The position numbers were made by a program, and so were the translations under genes. Below, piece after piece: positions 1 through 9,868 of a stretch of DNA of 23,221 nucleotides. The notes below the pieces were generated by a model. That model did not search any database and was not told the origin of the DNA. It worked only from the letters and a program-made list of their open reading frames with translations. The first letter of the stretch is position 1. Each line of letters starts with the position of its first letter. Origin of the DNA: an uncultured archaeon (GTDB taxonomy: Archaea; Asgardarchaeota; Lokiarchaeia; Sigyniarchaeales; SOKP01); the NCBI GenBank assembly GCA_964388035.1, contig CAYLZE010000082.1, positions 1 to 23,221 on the forward strand, read 5' to 3'.

Positions 1-164
1 CAATCCCACATTTGCTCATCGCATCCTAAATGGGAAAAGGCATAATACGCTTCAACTATCTCGTCCTCTCCCCCTATTTCCGCGCTTTCCGTGAAAAAGG
101 GGGAATTGACATTGTCCGGATGTTGCGTTGACATGCATTTAGGTATCTTGAGGTGATTAATCAT
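1..164 (-). CDS. ppcA: Archaeal-type phosphoenolpyruvate carboxylase, 5' part (runs off the window edge)
   Basis: Manual translation from ATG at 164 gives [54 protein letters not shown]. The [12 protein letters not shown] and [17 protein letters not shown] motifs are the archaeal PEPC N-terminal signature. Not in the supplied ORF track. Confidence 0.92.
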   Translation of the reverse strand, partial: MINHLKIPKCMSTQHPDNVNSPFFTESAEIGGEDEIVEAYYAFSHLGCDEQMWD

Positions 165-472
165 TTTCTTCGTTGCCCTTCTTAATTTCTTTTAATTCTA
201 TTTATACAACAAAGGAAGGAAAAACAAATAAATTTAATATATAAAATAATTAGAGAATACTGATGCGATATTTAGAAATAAGAAAAAATTTAGGATGAAT
301 TCTTTGGACTTATAAGAAGTGATAAATCCATATTTTATTAATTAATAACTTTCTAATAATTGATTCCTAAGTTTACGTATAAGGGCAACATTACGATTGA
401 TCTCAATAGATTTATCAAGGTACTTTATTGCCTTCTTGCGCCTTGGATATAGAGAACTCAGTACTTATCTTC

Positions 473-889
473 TTATTCTTGATTCTGAACTTTTGAACGC
501 TCTGCGGATAGATTCGCTTGTTTGCTAAAACATGTGTTTTTTAACATTTCAAATTCTTCTCTTGAACATGTTGCTTCACAATGATTTCTATAGTCGGTGT
601 TCCGAGTAAACATATCTTTTAATGTTACGCATGTTTCGTACTCTTCGCACAAGCCACAGTTCTCAACGTTATGAGCAGCAGCGCAAGTTGGAATTTCATA
701 TCGACACCAAATTTCAGGATAACAACCACCACATTTCATATCTTTTGGAGATAAAATTTCATCGCGCCAACCACATCGATACCATAAATCAGCCAATTCA
801 GTAAGGCGATTTATATCCCCAGCAATTGTTGCTTCGTACCGAGGACACAAATCACACCGACTACCACAATATGCCAAACGTTCAGCCAA
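473..889 (-). CDS. Cys-rich DUF3795-like protein (probable Fe-S/metal binding)
   Basis: YCGSRCDLCP, CGGC, CRYEIPTCA and NCGLCEEYETC follow the DUF3795 Cys pattern; TTG start. Confidence 0.75.
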   Translation of the reverse strand: MAERLAYCGSRCDLCPRYEATIAGDINRLTELADLWYRCGWRDEILSPKDMKCGGCYPEIWCRYEIPTCAAAHNVENCGLCEEYETCVTLKDMFTRNTDYRNHCEATCSREEFEMLKNTCFSKQANLSAERSKVQNQE

Positions 890-1273
890 GTTAAATCCCC
901 AGATCTACGGAGATAAGTAATACAAACAGATGCATTATTTATTTAAAGTTATTTACTTATTAAAATTATTTCATTATTTCAAATATTTTAATTTTTTGAT
1001 TTCTGAAATCGAGGTAATCTTAGATGTTTTAATACTAATAGTTTATAAATAGGATGCGAGTAAATTTTAATCCTCTCTATCTTTGTTATTTTCCTTAGTC
1101 ATTTTCCTCCATTTGATGCTATCCAATTATCAGTTTTCATCAAATTTAATAAAACAAACTCATTTAACACTCATTATCTATGTTAGAGTTCGCAAAACGC
1201 AGATCTATATAAAATGCAGTAATGATAATAAAAAGGACAGGAAAAAAATTTTATTTTCAAGATTTACTTAATT

Positions 1274-2827
1274 TCATTGATTACTCTTTTTCATTTTACA
1301 ATTTAAAATGCATGTTGGATCCGATTGGTCAAAAGAATCCGAATTTAAAAATACTTTTGCCCTGCAACCGCCACAAATAGTTTTATATAGACATTTCCCA
1401 CAAGCTCCTTTAAACTTGAGATCCCGATAGACATTTAGAATGGGAGAATTTCTCCAGATAGATTGAATGTGAGTTCGCTGGACATTTCCAAGCAGTGCAG
1501 GATTGAGAGGACAAGGAGTGACGTCGCCATTAGGTTTGATGTGGATCACATAAATTCCCGATTCACACCCCGTAATGAAAGGAGAAAAGGGTTTTTGCTC
1601 TCCAAAAACACCCTTGGTCAAGCGATCGGAAAAATTGAAAAAATTCATGGCGTCCTTGGGAAAAATGCCCTTGAAGTAAGGGATGTAGGTTATCTTAGGA
1701 TATCTCTGTGCTAAGATGCGGGTGAAGATCGGGTTTTTATAGGATAGAGTCAAGGGATACTTATTTATTATTAAATCGTGCCAAATTTCGCATACTTTCT
1801 TGCCAAACTGCTCCATTTCTAAGGGATTAAGAGCGATTTCAGAAACCCCTGCCGCTTTTTCGGAAGGAACGAAATCCAAGATCTCAAATTTCGACACGCC
1901 CAAATCTTTAGCAAGCTCGATAAGATTGTCTATTTGGTGCACGTTCAACCTGGTAATCACCACGTCCATGCTCACGTATAAGCCAGCTTCGATCGCATTT
2001 TTTATTCCTTGAATCGCTTTATTAAACATTCCCCGTCCCCGTATTTGATCGTGCACCTCCTTCAATCCATCTATACTTATTTGAGCATATCCTAATCCCG
2101 ATTCCTTGAGATTCCTTGCCACATCCTTAGTGATTAACGTGCCATTAGTTGCAAGCGCGATGCTCATTTCTTTTTTTGAAGCATAGTGGATGATATCGTA
2201 AATGTCCTCCCTTAAAAGGGCCTCTCCTCCCGAAAAGCCTATTACAAAGTTTTTGGCTTCATGGAGCTGATCAATGACCTTACACACTTCCGAATAATTG
2301 AGCTCTTTCATGCCATTATTCTGGGGCACGTAACAATGAGCACAATTTAAATTGCACCGGTGCGTGATGGACCATAGCGTGATTAAAGGACCCGAAGGGA
2401 CTTGAGGCACGCGCAGTCCATGAATGCTGATCCCCTCCATGTAGGATAACACCAATCTCCTGAGCGCGGGGCTTTCCTTCAAGATCCTTTTAAAAATGTT
2501 TTTTTCCATCTTCAAGGTTTTTGCTGCGAGATTTAAGGAAGTATTTATTAGAGTCGAAAATGTAAAAGCATATACTTTACAGCGCTTGCAAGAAACTTCC
2601 TCGCCAGTATAATAGCCGATTAATGTTTCTGACCGAAGACGTCCGCATTTGGGACATTTTTTAATAAAGTGGGGAAAGCATCTCCTAATCGGCAGTTTAT
2701 TCATTAAATTCCAGAGAATTAAATCTAAATTTTGAAATAATTTCTCTTTTTTCTTTAATTGAGGACGTGAGTAGATCTTGTTCTTAGTCCTTTTGAGGAT
2801 ATAATAATTTTCTATATAATATTCCAT
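1274..2827 (-). CDS. Radical SAM/SPASM protein with N-terminal CxxC...CxxC extension
   Basis: CNLNCAHC (CxxxCxxC), FSGGEALL, LATNG and QISIDG core motifs; SPASM cysteines in GCESG...TPCP...CGKCLYKTICGGCRA...DPTC; N-terminal CPKC and CKRC. The true start may be downstream (MNKLP). Confidence 0.9.
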   Translation of the reverse strand: MEYYIENYYILKRTKNKIYSRPQLKKKEKLFQNLDLILWNLMNKLPIRRCFPHFIKKCPKCGRLRSETLIGYYTGEEVSCKRCKVYAFTFSTLINTSLNLAAKTLKMEKNIFKRILKESPALRRLVLSYMEGISIHGLRVPQVPSGPLITLWSITHRCNLNCAHCYVPQNNGMKELNYSEVCKVIDQLHEAKNFVIGFSGGEALLREDIYDIIHYASKKEMSIALATNGTLITKDVARNLKESGLGYAQISIDGLKEVHDQIRGRGMFNKAIQGIKNAIEAGLYVSMDVVITRLNVHQIDNLIELAKDLGVSKFEILDFVPSEKAAGVSEIALNPLEMEQFGKKVCEIWHDLIINKYPLTLSYKNPIFTRILAQRYPKITYIPYFKGIFPKDAMNFFNFSDRLTKGVFGEQKPFSPFITGCESGIYVIHIKPNGDVTPCPLNPALLGNVQRTHIQSIWRNSPILNVYRDLKFKGACGKCLYKTICGGCRAKVFLNSDSFDQSDPTCILNCKMKKSNQ

Positions 2828-3047
2828 GAAAAACCCATATCAGAGGTATTAATTAATGAAATTTTAAAATTATCTTAAAAGTTATATAGTCCAATTTTAT
2901 AGAAAACTTTCTAAATTTTAAAAAGGGAGATATGATAGCATGGAAAATAAGATCTCTGAGTTTTTCGCTATCTACTTAATTTTAATGAAATTGAATTGTA
3001 AAATTTAATCCTTTTTCGGGGAGAAAAGCATAAAAAAATAGAGATCT

Positions 3048-3926
3048 TTACTTTTTCGCGGGAGATGCATAGCAATAGGCACAATCATGATGACATTTAA
3101 AAATACCTGAATATCCTCCAATATCTTTCGATTTATGACATCCACAATCCTTTCTTTGCCCTTTATCTGGTACTTTTGGTATCGTTTCTCCAATAATAGA
3201 TTCTATCTTATACGCATCAATACAGTGCGCTTGTTCCACGCCCTGTATCTTCAATAAATCCGGTTGACAACAAGCCTTCATTTTCATTCCATATTTATCG
3301 CAAATCGATACTAATTTCAGCGTGATCTCTTCTTTTTTAGGATAAGGAACCTCTATGGGGGAATACCCTCTCGATGTCATCCGTTTTTGAACTTTCGAAT
3401 AAAGAGTGGCAAATGAAAAGATCATTTCTTTTATTCCCAATGAGGACACGGCCTTGACGATATATTCAAATTTATCCAAATTACTCACAATTTTATCTCC
3501 CGATTTATAGAAGATGATGGGGTCGAACCTAAAATTAACGGCTTCCAGGCCAAATTCTTTGATTAACCATTCCAATTGTTTGAATCGCTCTTCCAAGGAG
3601 ATCTTCACGTTAGGTTCTAAAACTGAAGGGGAATTTATGGTAAATTGGAAATAATGTCCCTTGTATTGGGTGAAAAGCACTCGATTTTGTTGATAGGCAG
3701 CGATCCAATTTTTAAAATTCTTTGACCACCATGCCCAGCATTTTACAATAAGAGGATCCAAGGATACTCGGGAGACTTGGGCAGGATTAAAGGGATTTTG
3801 TACGTCCACGTGCCCGATCTTGATTCTTGAGATGACCCAATCTGTTAAAAATGCGGGAATATCGGTTCTCCGGGAACAAGAAATGATTGGTGATTGTACT
3901 AAGGGAATGGGATCAGGAGATTGCAT
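3048..3926 (-). CDS. DUF1848-family protein (radical-SAM-like, C-terminal CxxxCxxC)
   Basis: IISCSRRTDIPAF, WSKN, RFDPI and QRKDCGCHKSKDIGGY...CHHDCAYCYA are characteristic of DUF1848. Confidence 0.88.
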   Translation of the reverse strand: MQSPDPIPLVQSPIISCSRRTDIPAFLTDWVISRIKIGHVDVQNPFNPAQVSRVSLDPLIVKCWAWWSKNFKNWIAAYQQNRVLFTQYKGHYFQFTINSPSVLEPNVKISLEERFKQLEWLIKEFGLEAVNFRFDPIIFYKSGDKIVSNLDKFEYIVKAVSSLGIKEMIFSFATLYSKVQKRMTSRGYSPIEVPYPKKEEITLKLVSICDKYGMKMKACCQPDLLKIQGVEQAHCIDAYKIESIIGETIPKVPDKGQRKDCGCHKSKDIGGYSGIFKCHHDCAYCYASPAKK

Positions 3927-4442
3927 TCTTTTCTACTCGTGAAAAAAAATGTTACTCTTCTCATGAAGATTATTGGGAGAAGTAGTTCTCTCCTCTTTTC
4001 AAATAATTGAAGTTGGTTAAATAAATAAAAACGATAAGAATAATAATTTTTGGGATTATTTTTTAATTTTCACCCCTTTATTAGGAAGGGGCTGAATGGG
4101 GGTGGAAAAATCGATTTCCAACGACCATCGATATCCTTGAGATACAATTAATATTATACCAAATATATAATCAAGAATCTCTCCAAAAACAGAAAGAAAT
4201 CATTTTAAATTGGAGCTCAGATAAAGATAAAGAAGCGCAACGTAATGAGAAATGATAAAGAACCAAGTTAAAATTTAAAATTAGTTTTTCTCTGTCATGA
4301 TGGAATTTCAATCGAATCATTTTACAAATGTTCATTTTTTTGTAAAACGAATTTATATTTTAAAGATGAATAATTATTATCCATGATAGGCACGAGATAT
4401 GAAATACCTGCCTCTTAAGAAAAAACGATGAGGAAATAAAAA

Positions 4443-5474
4443 ATGATCCCTTCTATTGAATGGACTAATGATGATGAAGTGAAAATGATTGACCAAACAC
4501 TACTTCCTTTCGAACTCAAGTTTTTAATATTTAAGGATTACCGGGACGTGGCGAATTCCATTAAAGTCATGAACATTCGAGGAGCACCTGCAATCGGGGT
4601 GGCCGCTGCCATGAGCATGGCATTAGCCACGCTGGAGTATCAAGATTTACCAAAAAAAGAATTTTTAAAGAAAATGGAGGAAGCTGCCCAAGTAATCAAG
4701 GGAACGCGCCCCACGGCATCCAATCTCTTCTGGGCTGTCAATCGCATCATGAAGATCATCGTCCCTGCACCAGATAATCCCAAAGAAATTTCGGACTTAG
4801 TTATTGAAGAAGCTAAGATCATGGCGCAAGAAGATATAAATGTAAATAAAAGCATGGGAAAATATGGGGCAGAAGTTATCGATGATGGAGACGTGGTATT
4901 AACGCATTGCAATGCAGGTTCCTTGGCGACCGTTCAGTACGGTACGGCGCTAGCACCCATAAGAGCAGCAATCGAACAAGGAAAGAAAGTGAGCGTGATA
5001 GCGGATGAAACGAGACCACGACTTCAAGGTGCCCGACTAACTGCGTATGAATTAAAATATGATAGCATACCGGTGAAGGTTATTTCGGATACCTCTTCAG
5101 GCTTGCTCATGCGATTAGGTAAAATCAATAAAGTCATTGTCGGCACGGATAGAGTGACTTCCGATGCAGTATTCAATAAAATTGGCACCTACTTGGTCGC
5201 TTTGGCTGCAAAGGATAATGGAATTCCTTTTTATGTTGCAGCTCCCACTTCTACTTTATCGCTTGAGGAAACAGAAGATGATGTCACCATCGAACAGCGA
5301 GATGGTAAGGAGGTCAGCGACGTGTTAGGTAAGCTACGTATCGTTCCGGATGGAGTGGAGTGTCTGAATTATGCGTTTGATGTCACTCCCTTTCGACTGG
5401 TGACGGGCATTATCACGGAGGATGGCATCTTTACCCCCGAAGAATTACTAAAGAATTATAAAAAGAATAAATAA
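4443..5474 (+). CDS. mtnA: S-methyl-5-thioribose-1-phosphate isomerase (eIF2B alpha/beta/delta family)
   Basis: IDQTLLP, IRGAPAIGVAAA, TRPTASNL, THCNAGSLAT..YGTAL, DETRPRLQGARLTAYEL, NKIGTY, NYAFDVTP. Confidence 0.9.
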   Translation: MIPSIEWTNDDEVKMIDQTLLPFELKFLIFKDYRDVANSIKVMNIRGAPAIGVAAAMSMALATLEYQDLPKKEFLKKMEEAAQVIKGTRPTASNLFWAVNRIMKIIVPAPDNPKEISDLVIEEAKIMAQEDINVNKSMGKYGAEVIDDGDVVLTHCNAGSLATVQYGTALAPIRAAIEQGKKVSVIADETRPRLQGARLTAYELKYDSIPVKVISDTSSGLLMRLGKINKVIVGTDRVTSDAVFNKIGTYLVALAAKDNGIPFYVAAPTSTLSLEETEDDVTIEQRDGKEVSDVLGKLRIVPDGVECLNYAFDVTPFRLVTGIITEDGIFTPEELLKNYKKNK

Positions 5475-5476
5475 CC

Positions 5477-5502
5477 TTTTTTCTCTACCCTTTTTTGTTT
5501 TT
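5477..5502 (+). terminator. Probable oligo-U terminator after mtnA
   Basis: T-rich tracts (tttttt...ttttttgttttt) immediately after the stop, between convergent genes. Confidence 0.45.
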
Positions 5503-5549
5503 ACTTCAAGTGCAAAAATGTCCATTTGGAAGCTCGTGATTGGCATGTT

Positions 5550-6554
5550 CTACGCTAAGGAAGTATAGTGGAAATAATTTGTCAAACAAAGCTTCAATTC
5601 CCTTAAGCATTTAGCCTTGCTTAAAGTGGATCGAATAAAAGTAGAATCCTTTATCCCCTTGGTAAGCCAAATAGAATTTCTCTTCAGTTCCTGAAAGATA
5701 AAATCTTCATTGCTTATTGGGATATACAATCCATCTAAGTATTGTTGGATGATCTTTTCATAAATCATGACATTTTGCTCCATTCGAGCTATTGAATTTT
5801 TGAATAAAATGTTGTCTTTATTTTCCATATAATCATGGATTTGCTTAAAAATGGCAGGATTCCCGATAGAGGCTCTTCCAATCATCATAGCATCTACTTT
5901 CACATTTTCTGAGTATTCCCGGACAATCTTTATGTCATGGATATCTCCATTGCCCACGATGGGAAGATCAAGTCGCTCTTTTAACATTTTTAAAGTATCC
6001 AAATCAAGAGTGGAGGACCCATATCCATCCTTTACTCTGCGTGCGTGAATGGTCAGGAATTCCAGATTAGAATCTTTGAAAAGCGTCGAAAAGGTATCCA
6101 CGTTAAGTCTTTCTTCAAATCCCGTCCTAATCTTCAAGGATACCGGTACCGAAGAATATTTCAATGCGACCTCCGTTAATTCTTTCAGCTTTTCTAAGTT
6201 ATTTAATAAGAACCCACCTTCTTTCGCACTTATCGCTCTTTTTGAAGGACATCCTGCATTAATATCAATGACATCATGATCATAACTCTCCAATAATTCT
6301 ATCGCATCTTTTATTGTCACAGGATTTCCTCCAATCAGTTGAATGCTTATCGGTTTTTCTTGCTTGATTTTTTGGAGTTGTTTATCAATGGATTTTGGAT
6401 TAGAAATGATTTTTTTAGTGTAGAGCATTGGAACGTGGACTAAACCCACGGCGTGAAAATATCGGCAAAAATGTCTAAAAGGTGCCGTGGTGATGTTTAG
6501 CATGGGTGCCAATAAGAGATTATTTGCTAATCTCAAGCTGCCTAACTTTATCAT
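5550..6554 (-). CDS. dus: tRNA-dihydrouridine synthase family flavoprotein
   Basis: LLLAPM, IQLIG, DINAGCP (catalytic Cys), PVSLKIRTG, LTIHAR, PIVGNGDI, MIGRASIGNP. Confidence 0.9.
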   Translation of the reverse strand: MIKLGSLRLANNLLLAPMLNITTAPFRHFCRYFHAVGLVHVPMLYTKKIISNPKSIDKQLQKIKQEKPISIQLIGGNPVTIKDAIELLESYDHDVIDINAGCPSKRAISAKEGGFLLNNLEKLKELTEVALKYSSVPVSLKIRTGFEERLNVDTFSTLFKDSNLEFLTIHARRVKDGYGSSTLDLDTLKMLKERLDLPIVGNGDIHDIKIVREYSENVKVDAMMIGRASIGNPAIFKQIHDYMENKDNILFKNSIARMEQNVMIYEKIIQQYLDGLYIPISNEDFIFQELKRNSIWLTKGIKDSTFIRSTLSKAKCLRELKLCLTNYFHYTSLA

Positions 6555-6663
6555 GGTCGCAATAAGAATTCATAAACGGGATGTTTTTTAAAGATAATTT
6601 CCTATTTTCCCTAAAAACATAAATATTTAATTTTAAATTAACATTTTTACCAATAAAATTATC

Positions 6664-7179
6664 ATGTCATCGTATCTAGACAAGTTTGAAATCGATCCCA
6701 AGGGCGATCAAATTAAATACATGTCGGGTACCCCGTTAAAATTGACCGAAAAATTCTCGTTTTATCACAACAAAAATTTCTTTCGGAAAGAATTAAATAA
6801 CCTTCAGAATCTCATGAAAAATTACGTGGGAACCACTTTAACCGCTTCTGGGATCCGGGATTCTTATTTAGCAGAGAAATACACGGAAAACTACTTGATC
6901 GTTCTCTTTACAGATAATGAAAAAATAAGAACTTCAAATGAAATTCTTGCTTCTAAAAGTTCTATTTCCATTAAATCCTCTTGCTATTACTTGGAAGTCA
7001 CCCAAGACTATTTTTTACTCTTAACAAGGGATATTGAGGGCTTGAAAGTAGGCATTCAATCCATGGAACTCGTTCTGAAACAAGTGCTTGAACATTATTT
7101 TGCTCAGAAAAATTTGGATGAATACATACAAATAAGACCGTTTCAATTGAATTCCTGCCACGCCTTAAAAGAAGGATAA
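6664..7179 (+). CDS. Hypothetical protein resembling the non-catalytic domain 2 of GH20 hexosaminidases
   Basis: YYLEVTQDYFLLLTRDIEGLKVGIQSMELVLKQ resembles the GH20 domain-2 pattern (ExYxLxV...I.a.d..Gl.yG.qTL.QL); no catalytic barrel follows. Confidence 0.5.
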   Translation: MSSYLDKFEIDPKGDQIKYMSGTPLKLTEKFSFYHNKNFFRKELNNLQNLMKNYVGTTLTASGIRDSYLAEKYTENYLIVLFTDNEKIRTSNEILASKSSISIKSSCYYLEVTQDYFLLLTRDIEGLKVGIQSMELVLKQVLEHYFAQKNLDEYIQIRPFQLNSCHALKEG

Positions 7180-7192
7180 AAGAAGAAAAAGG

Positions 7193-8914
7193 TTATCGTT
7201 CAAATTTCCACGGTTTTTGGCGCTTTAATTTATAAGCTTTTGCCGCATATTCTTCTATCATGCGATGCGTGTTAAAATAGGAAGCTAAAGCAATCGCATT
7301 TTTTTGACGAAAGATCCATTCCGATTGATTCATGTATGTGGGAATGATCTCATCTTCTAAAATACTATATAACATGTTGGAATCGATGTCCCAATCATTT
7401 GATACTCCGGGAGCAGAAGGATCGGAGTCATCGGGACCAATTGCCCATCCCGCTAAAGGATTCATTTTATATCCCTCCAGCCACCATCCATCTTGCACGC
7501 TAAAATTCAGAACACCATTTAACACCGCTTTCATTCCCGAAGTGCCGCTGGCCTCGCGATAACGTTCTGGGGTATTTAACCATAAATCCACCCCACTCAC
7601 CAATAAATGGGCCAAATCGATTCCATAGTTTTCCATGAGCACCACTTTTACCCCGTACTTTTCGATCAGGTATTCTCCGGCTTGAAAGATCTTTTTAATG
7701 TAATTTTTTCCTCCCTCGTCCTTAGGATGAGCTTTTCCAGCAAAGATGAACTGTATCTTGTCCTTGCAGATTTCTCCCAAGCGATCGATATCGTGAAAAA
7801 TGAGGGTTGCGCGTTTATACGTTGCAAACCGCCTGGCGAACCCTATGGTTAACAATTCCTCATCTAACAAATTCCAAGAGTGAGCTTTTTGATAATTGAT
7901 TAAACTCCATTTATTTTCGACGTGAGCGTCGAACAAGTCTAAATCATCGATTTCGATGGCATTTTGAAAAACGGTAGGATTGGCTTTCCAATTGGGCCAC
8001 ATTCTATCATAGATATCTTTCAAGGGTTTAGAAACCCAAAAGGGTAAATGAACTCCGTTGGTGATGGCATCGATTTCATATCCCGGAAACATCTTGCGGG
8101 AAATATCGCCATGCTTCTTCGCGACACCATTTCGATACCGTGATAGGTTCATTGCCAAATAGGTCATGTTTAAATCCCCGTGATCATCCCCTAATTTCCT
8201 CAATTGAGGAGGAAAGCGGTCAATAAATACTTTTCGTACTAAATCTTCTCCGAATCTATCATGCCCTGCTGGTACGGGAGTATGGGTGGTGAAAACCACG
8301 TGATCCTTTACTTTATCTATGTCTCCTCCAAAAGCATTAAATAATTCTAACGTGGCAAAAGCGCCATGACCTTCATTAATATGATAGGTTTCTATGTTAT
8401 TATATCCCAGGGATTTTAGCAATTTCACTCCGCCAATCCCTAATATTATCTCCTGCACGATGCGATTCCATCGAGACGTTGAGTCATATAACGAACCGGT
8501 CATTTTTTTCATCCATGATTCATTCCCTTCTACATCTGTTGTTAATAAATAGATAGGAAGAATGTGACCCGAATGACCCACCACGTTATATAACCAAGCG
8601 GACACCAAAACATCTTTATTTTCAATTTTAATGGTGATGGGTTTTTCTACTTGGTCGAACTCGTAAAAAAAACTCCATTGAATTTCCTTCTCTTTTTGCT
8701 CCCCTTGTTCATTGAAGAGCTGGTAGAAATACCCCGAACTGTAGCACAAGCAGATGCCCACCATGGGAATCTCCAAGTCAGCTGCAGATTTTATGGTATC
8801 CCCCGATAATACACCAAGGCCCCCGCTATAGGTTGGAATATTGGAATCGAGCGCGATTTCCATGGAAATATATGCAATATTAGTATCATCTTTGAACTTC
8901 TTTTCTGATTCCAT
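7193..8914 (-). CDS. glgP: Alpha-glucan (glycogen/starch) phosphorylase, short type
   Basis: YSGGLGVLSGD, HINEGH, FTTHTPVPAGHD, ITNGVH, FARRFATYKRA, FAGKAHP, EASGTSGMKA (PLP lysine). Confidence 0.95.
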   Translation of the reverse strand: MESEKKFKDDTNIAYISMEIALDSNIPTYSGGLGVLSGDTIKSAADLEIPMVGICLCYSSGYFYQLFNEQGEQKEKEIQWSFFYEFDQVEKPITIKIENKDVLVSAWLYNVVGHSGHILPIYLLTTDVEGNESWMKKMTGSLYDSTSRWNRIVQEIILGIGGVKLLKSLGYNNIETYHINEGHGAFATLELFNAFGGDIDKVKDHVVFTTHTPVPAGHDRFGEDLVRKVFIDRFPPQLRKLGDDHGDLNMTYLAMNLSRYRNGVAKKHGDISRKMFPGYEIDAITNGVHLPFWVSKPLKDIYDRMWPNWKANPTVFQNAIEIDDLDLFDAHVENKWSLINYQKAHSWNLLDEELLTIGFARRFATYKRATLIFHDIDRLGEICKDKIQFIFAGKAHPKDEGGKNYIKKIFQAGEYLIEKYGVKVVLMENYGIDLAHLLVSGVDLWLNTPERYREASGTSGMKAVLNGVLNFSVQDGWWLEGYKMNPLAGWAIGPDDSDPSAPGVSNDWDIDSNMLYSILEDEIIPTYMNQSEWIFRQKNAIALASYFNTHRMIEEYAAKAYKLKRQKPWKFER

Positions 8915-9076
8915 GCTAAATTAAATTGCTCTTTTAATTTATTATTAGACGAAAATGATTATATCAAATAAAACTAGTAAGGGATTTAAAACTTATACAT
9001 AATATTTATAAACCATGAAGGATCTTACTTTTCACCTATTCCACGCGTTTTAATCCTGCATCAAAACAAGTAGCAT

Positions 9077-9110
9077 AAAAAGAAAAAAGATAGAAGGAAA
9101 AAAAGAAAAA
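9077..9110 (-). terminator. Probable oligo-U terminator after the MBL hydrolase gene
   Basis: Long A-rich tract on + (U-rich on the minus transcript) about 40-70 nt downstream of the stop. Confidence 0.4.
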
Positions 9111-9146
9111 CAGAATTCTTAATACATTTCTAGATTTAAGGGAAAG

Positions 9147-9782
9147 TCATAATTTTAGAGTCTTATCCTTTAACACTTCCACCTTGATGTTAGGATTCAT
9201 TTTAGAAAGAACTTTCCCATACTCATCCACGTTTTTATCCCAATTGTGCATGGGAACGACGATTTCAGGGTTGATATCCACCGCCGCAGCACAGGATTCT
9301 TCAATATCCATGGTATAAATTCCTCCACACGGAAGGAATGCCACGTCGATTTTTTCTTTAGCCAGATTTTTCATTTCGGGGATTCGTTCTGTGTCTCCCG
9401 CATGGTATATTTTCTTACCTTCTAATTCAATGAGAGCACCAGACCATTGATTGCTCTTTGGATGAGTGGATTTTTTTATCGTATAAGCCGGAACCAGCGT
9501 AATCGATATTCCGTCAAATTCGTGTTTTTCCCCGATTTTCAATCCTTTACCATTTAATTTCTTTAAATCATCCGAGATACTCTCGGGTCCTAATAAAATC
9601 GTATCTTCTTTCATTATTTTTTTAATATCACTTCTAGAAAAGTGATCCCCATGGTTATGGGAGCTAATTATTATGTCGGCTTTTTCTTTTACATCCTTGA
9701 GCTGATAGGGGTCTAAATAAATCACTTTTCCCGAGTCCGCGATAATTTTAAAAGCAGCATGACCTAACCAGACGATTTCCAT
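9147..9782 (-). CDS. Metallo-beta-lactamase fold hydrolase (UPF0173-like)
   Basis: WLGHAAF, DPY, SHNHGDH (HxHxDH), YHAGDT, PMH. Confidence 0.9.
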   Translation of the reverse strand: MEIVWLGHAAFKIIADSGKVIYLDPYQLKDVKEKADIIISSHNHGDHFSRSDIKKIMKEDTILLGPESISDDLKKLNGKGLKIGEKHEFDGISITLVPAYTIKKSTHPKSNQWSGALIELEGKKIYHAGDTERIPEMKNLAKEKIDVAFLPCGGIYTMDIEESCAAAVDINPEIVVPMHNWDKNVDEYGKVLSKMNPNIKVEVLKDKTLKL

Positions 9783-9868
9783 TCAGTTATTCACTTTTAG
9801 ATTGTTGTTAGGAGAATTTCTTAAGTAGGGGAAAGTTAAGCGATCATATAAAATTTTGTTATTCAACT

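Noticed and set aside
1083-1271. 62-aa ORF next to the rSAM/SPASM gene as a possible RiPP precursor
   Set aside because: Opposite strand, TTG start, composition typical of AT-rich intergenic DNA, and no leader/core pattern.
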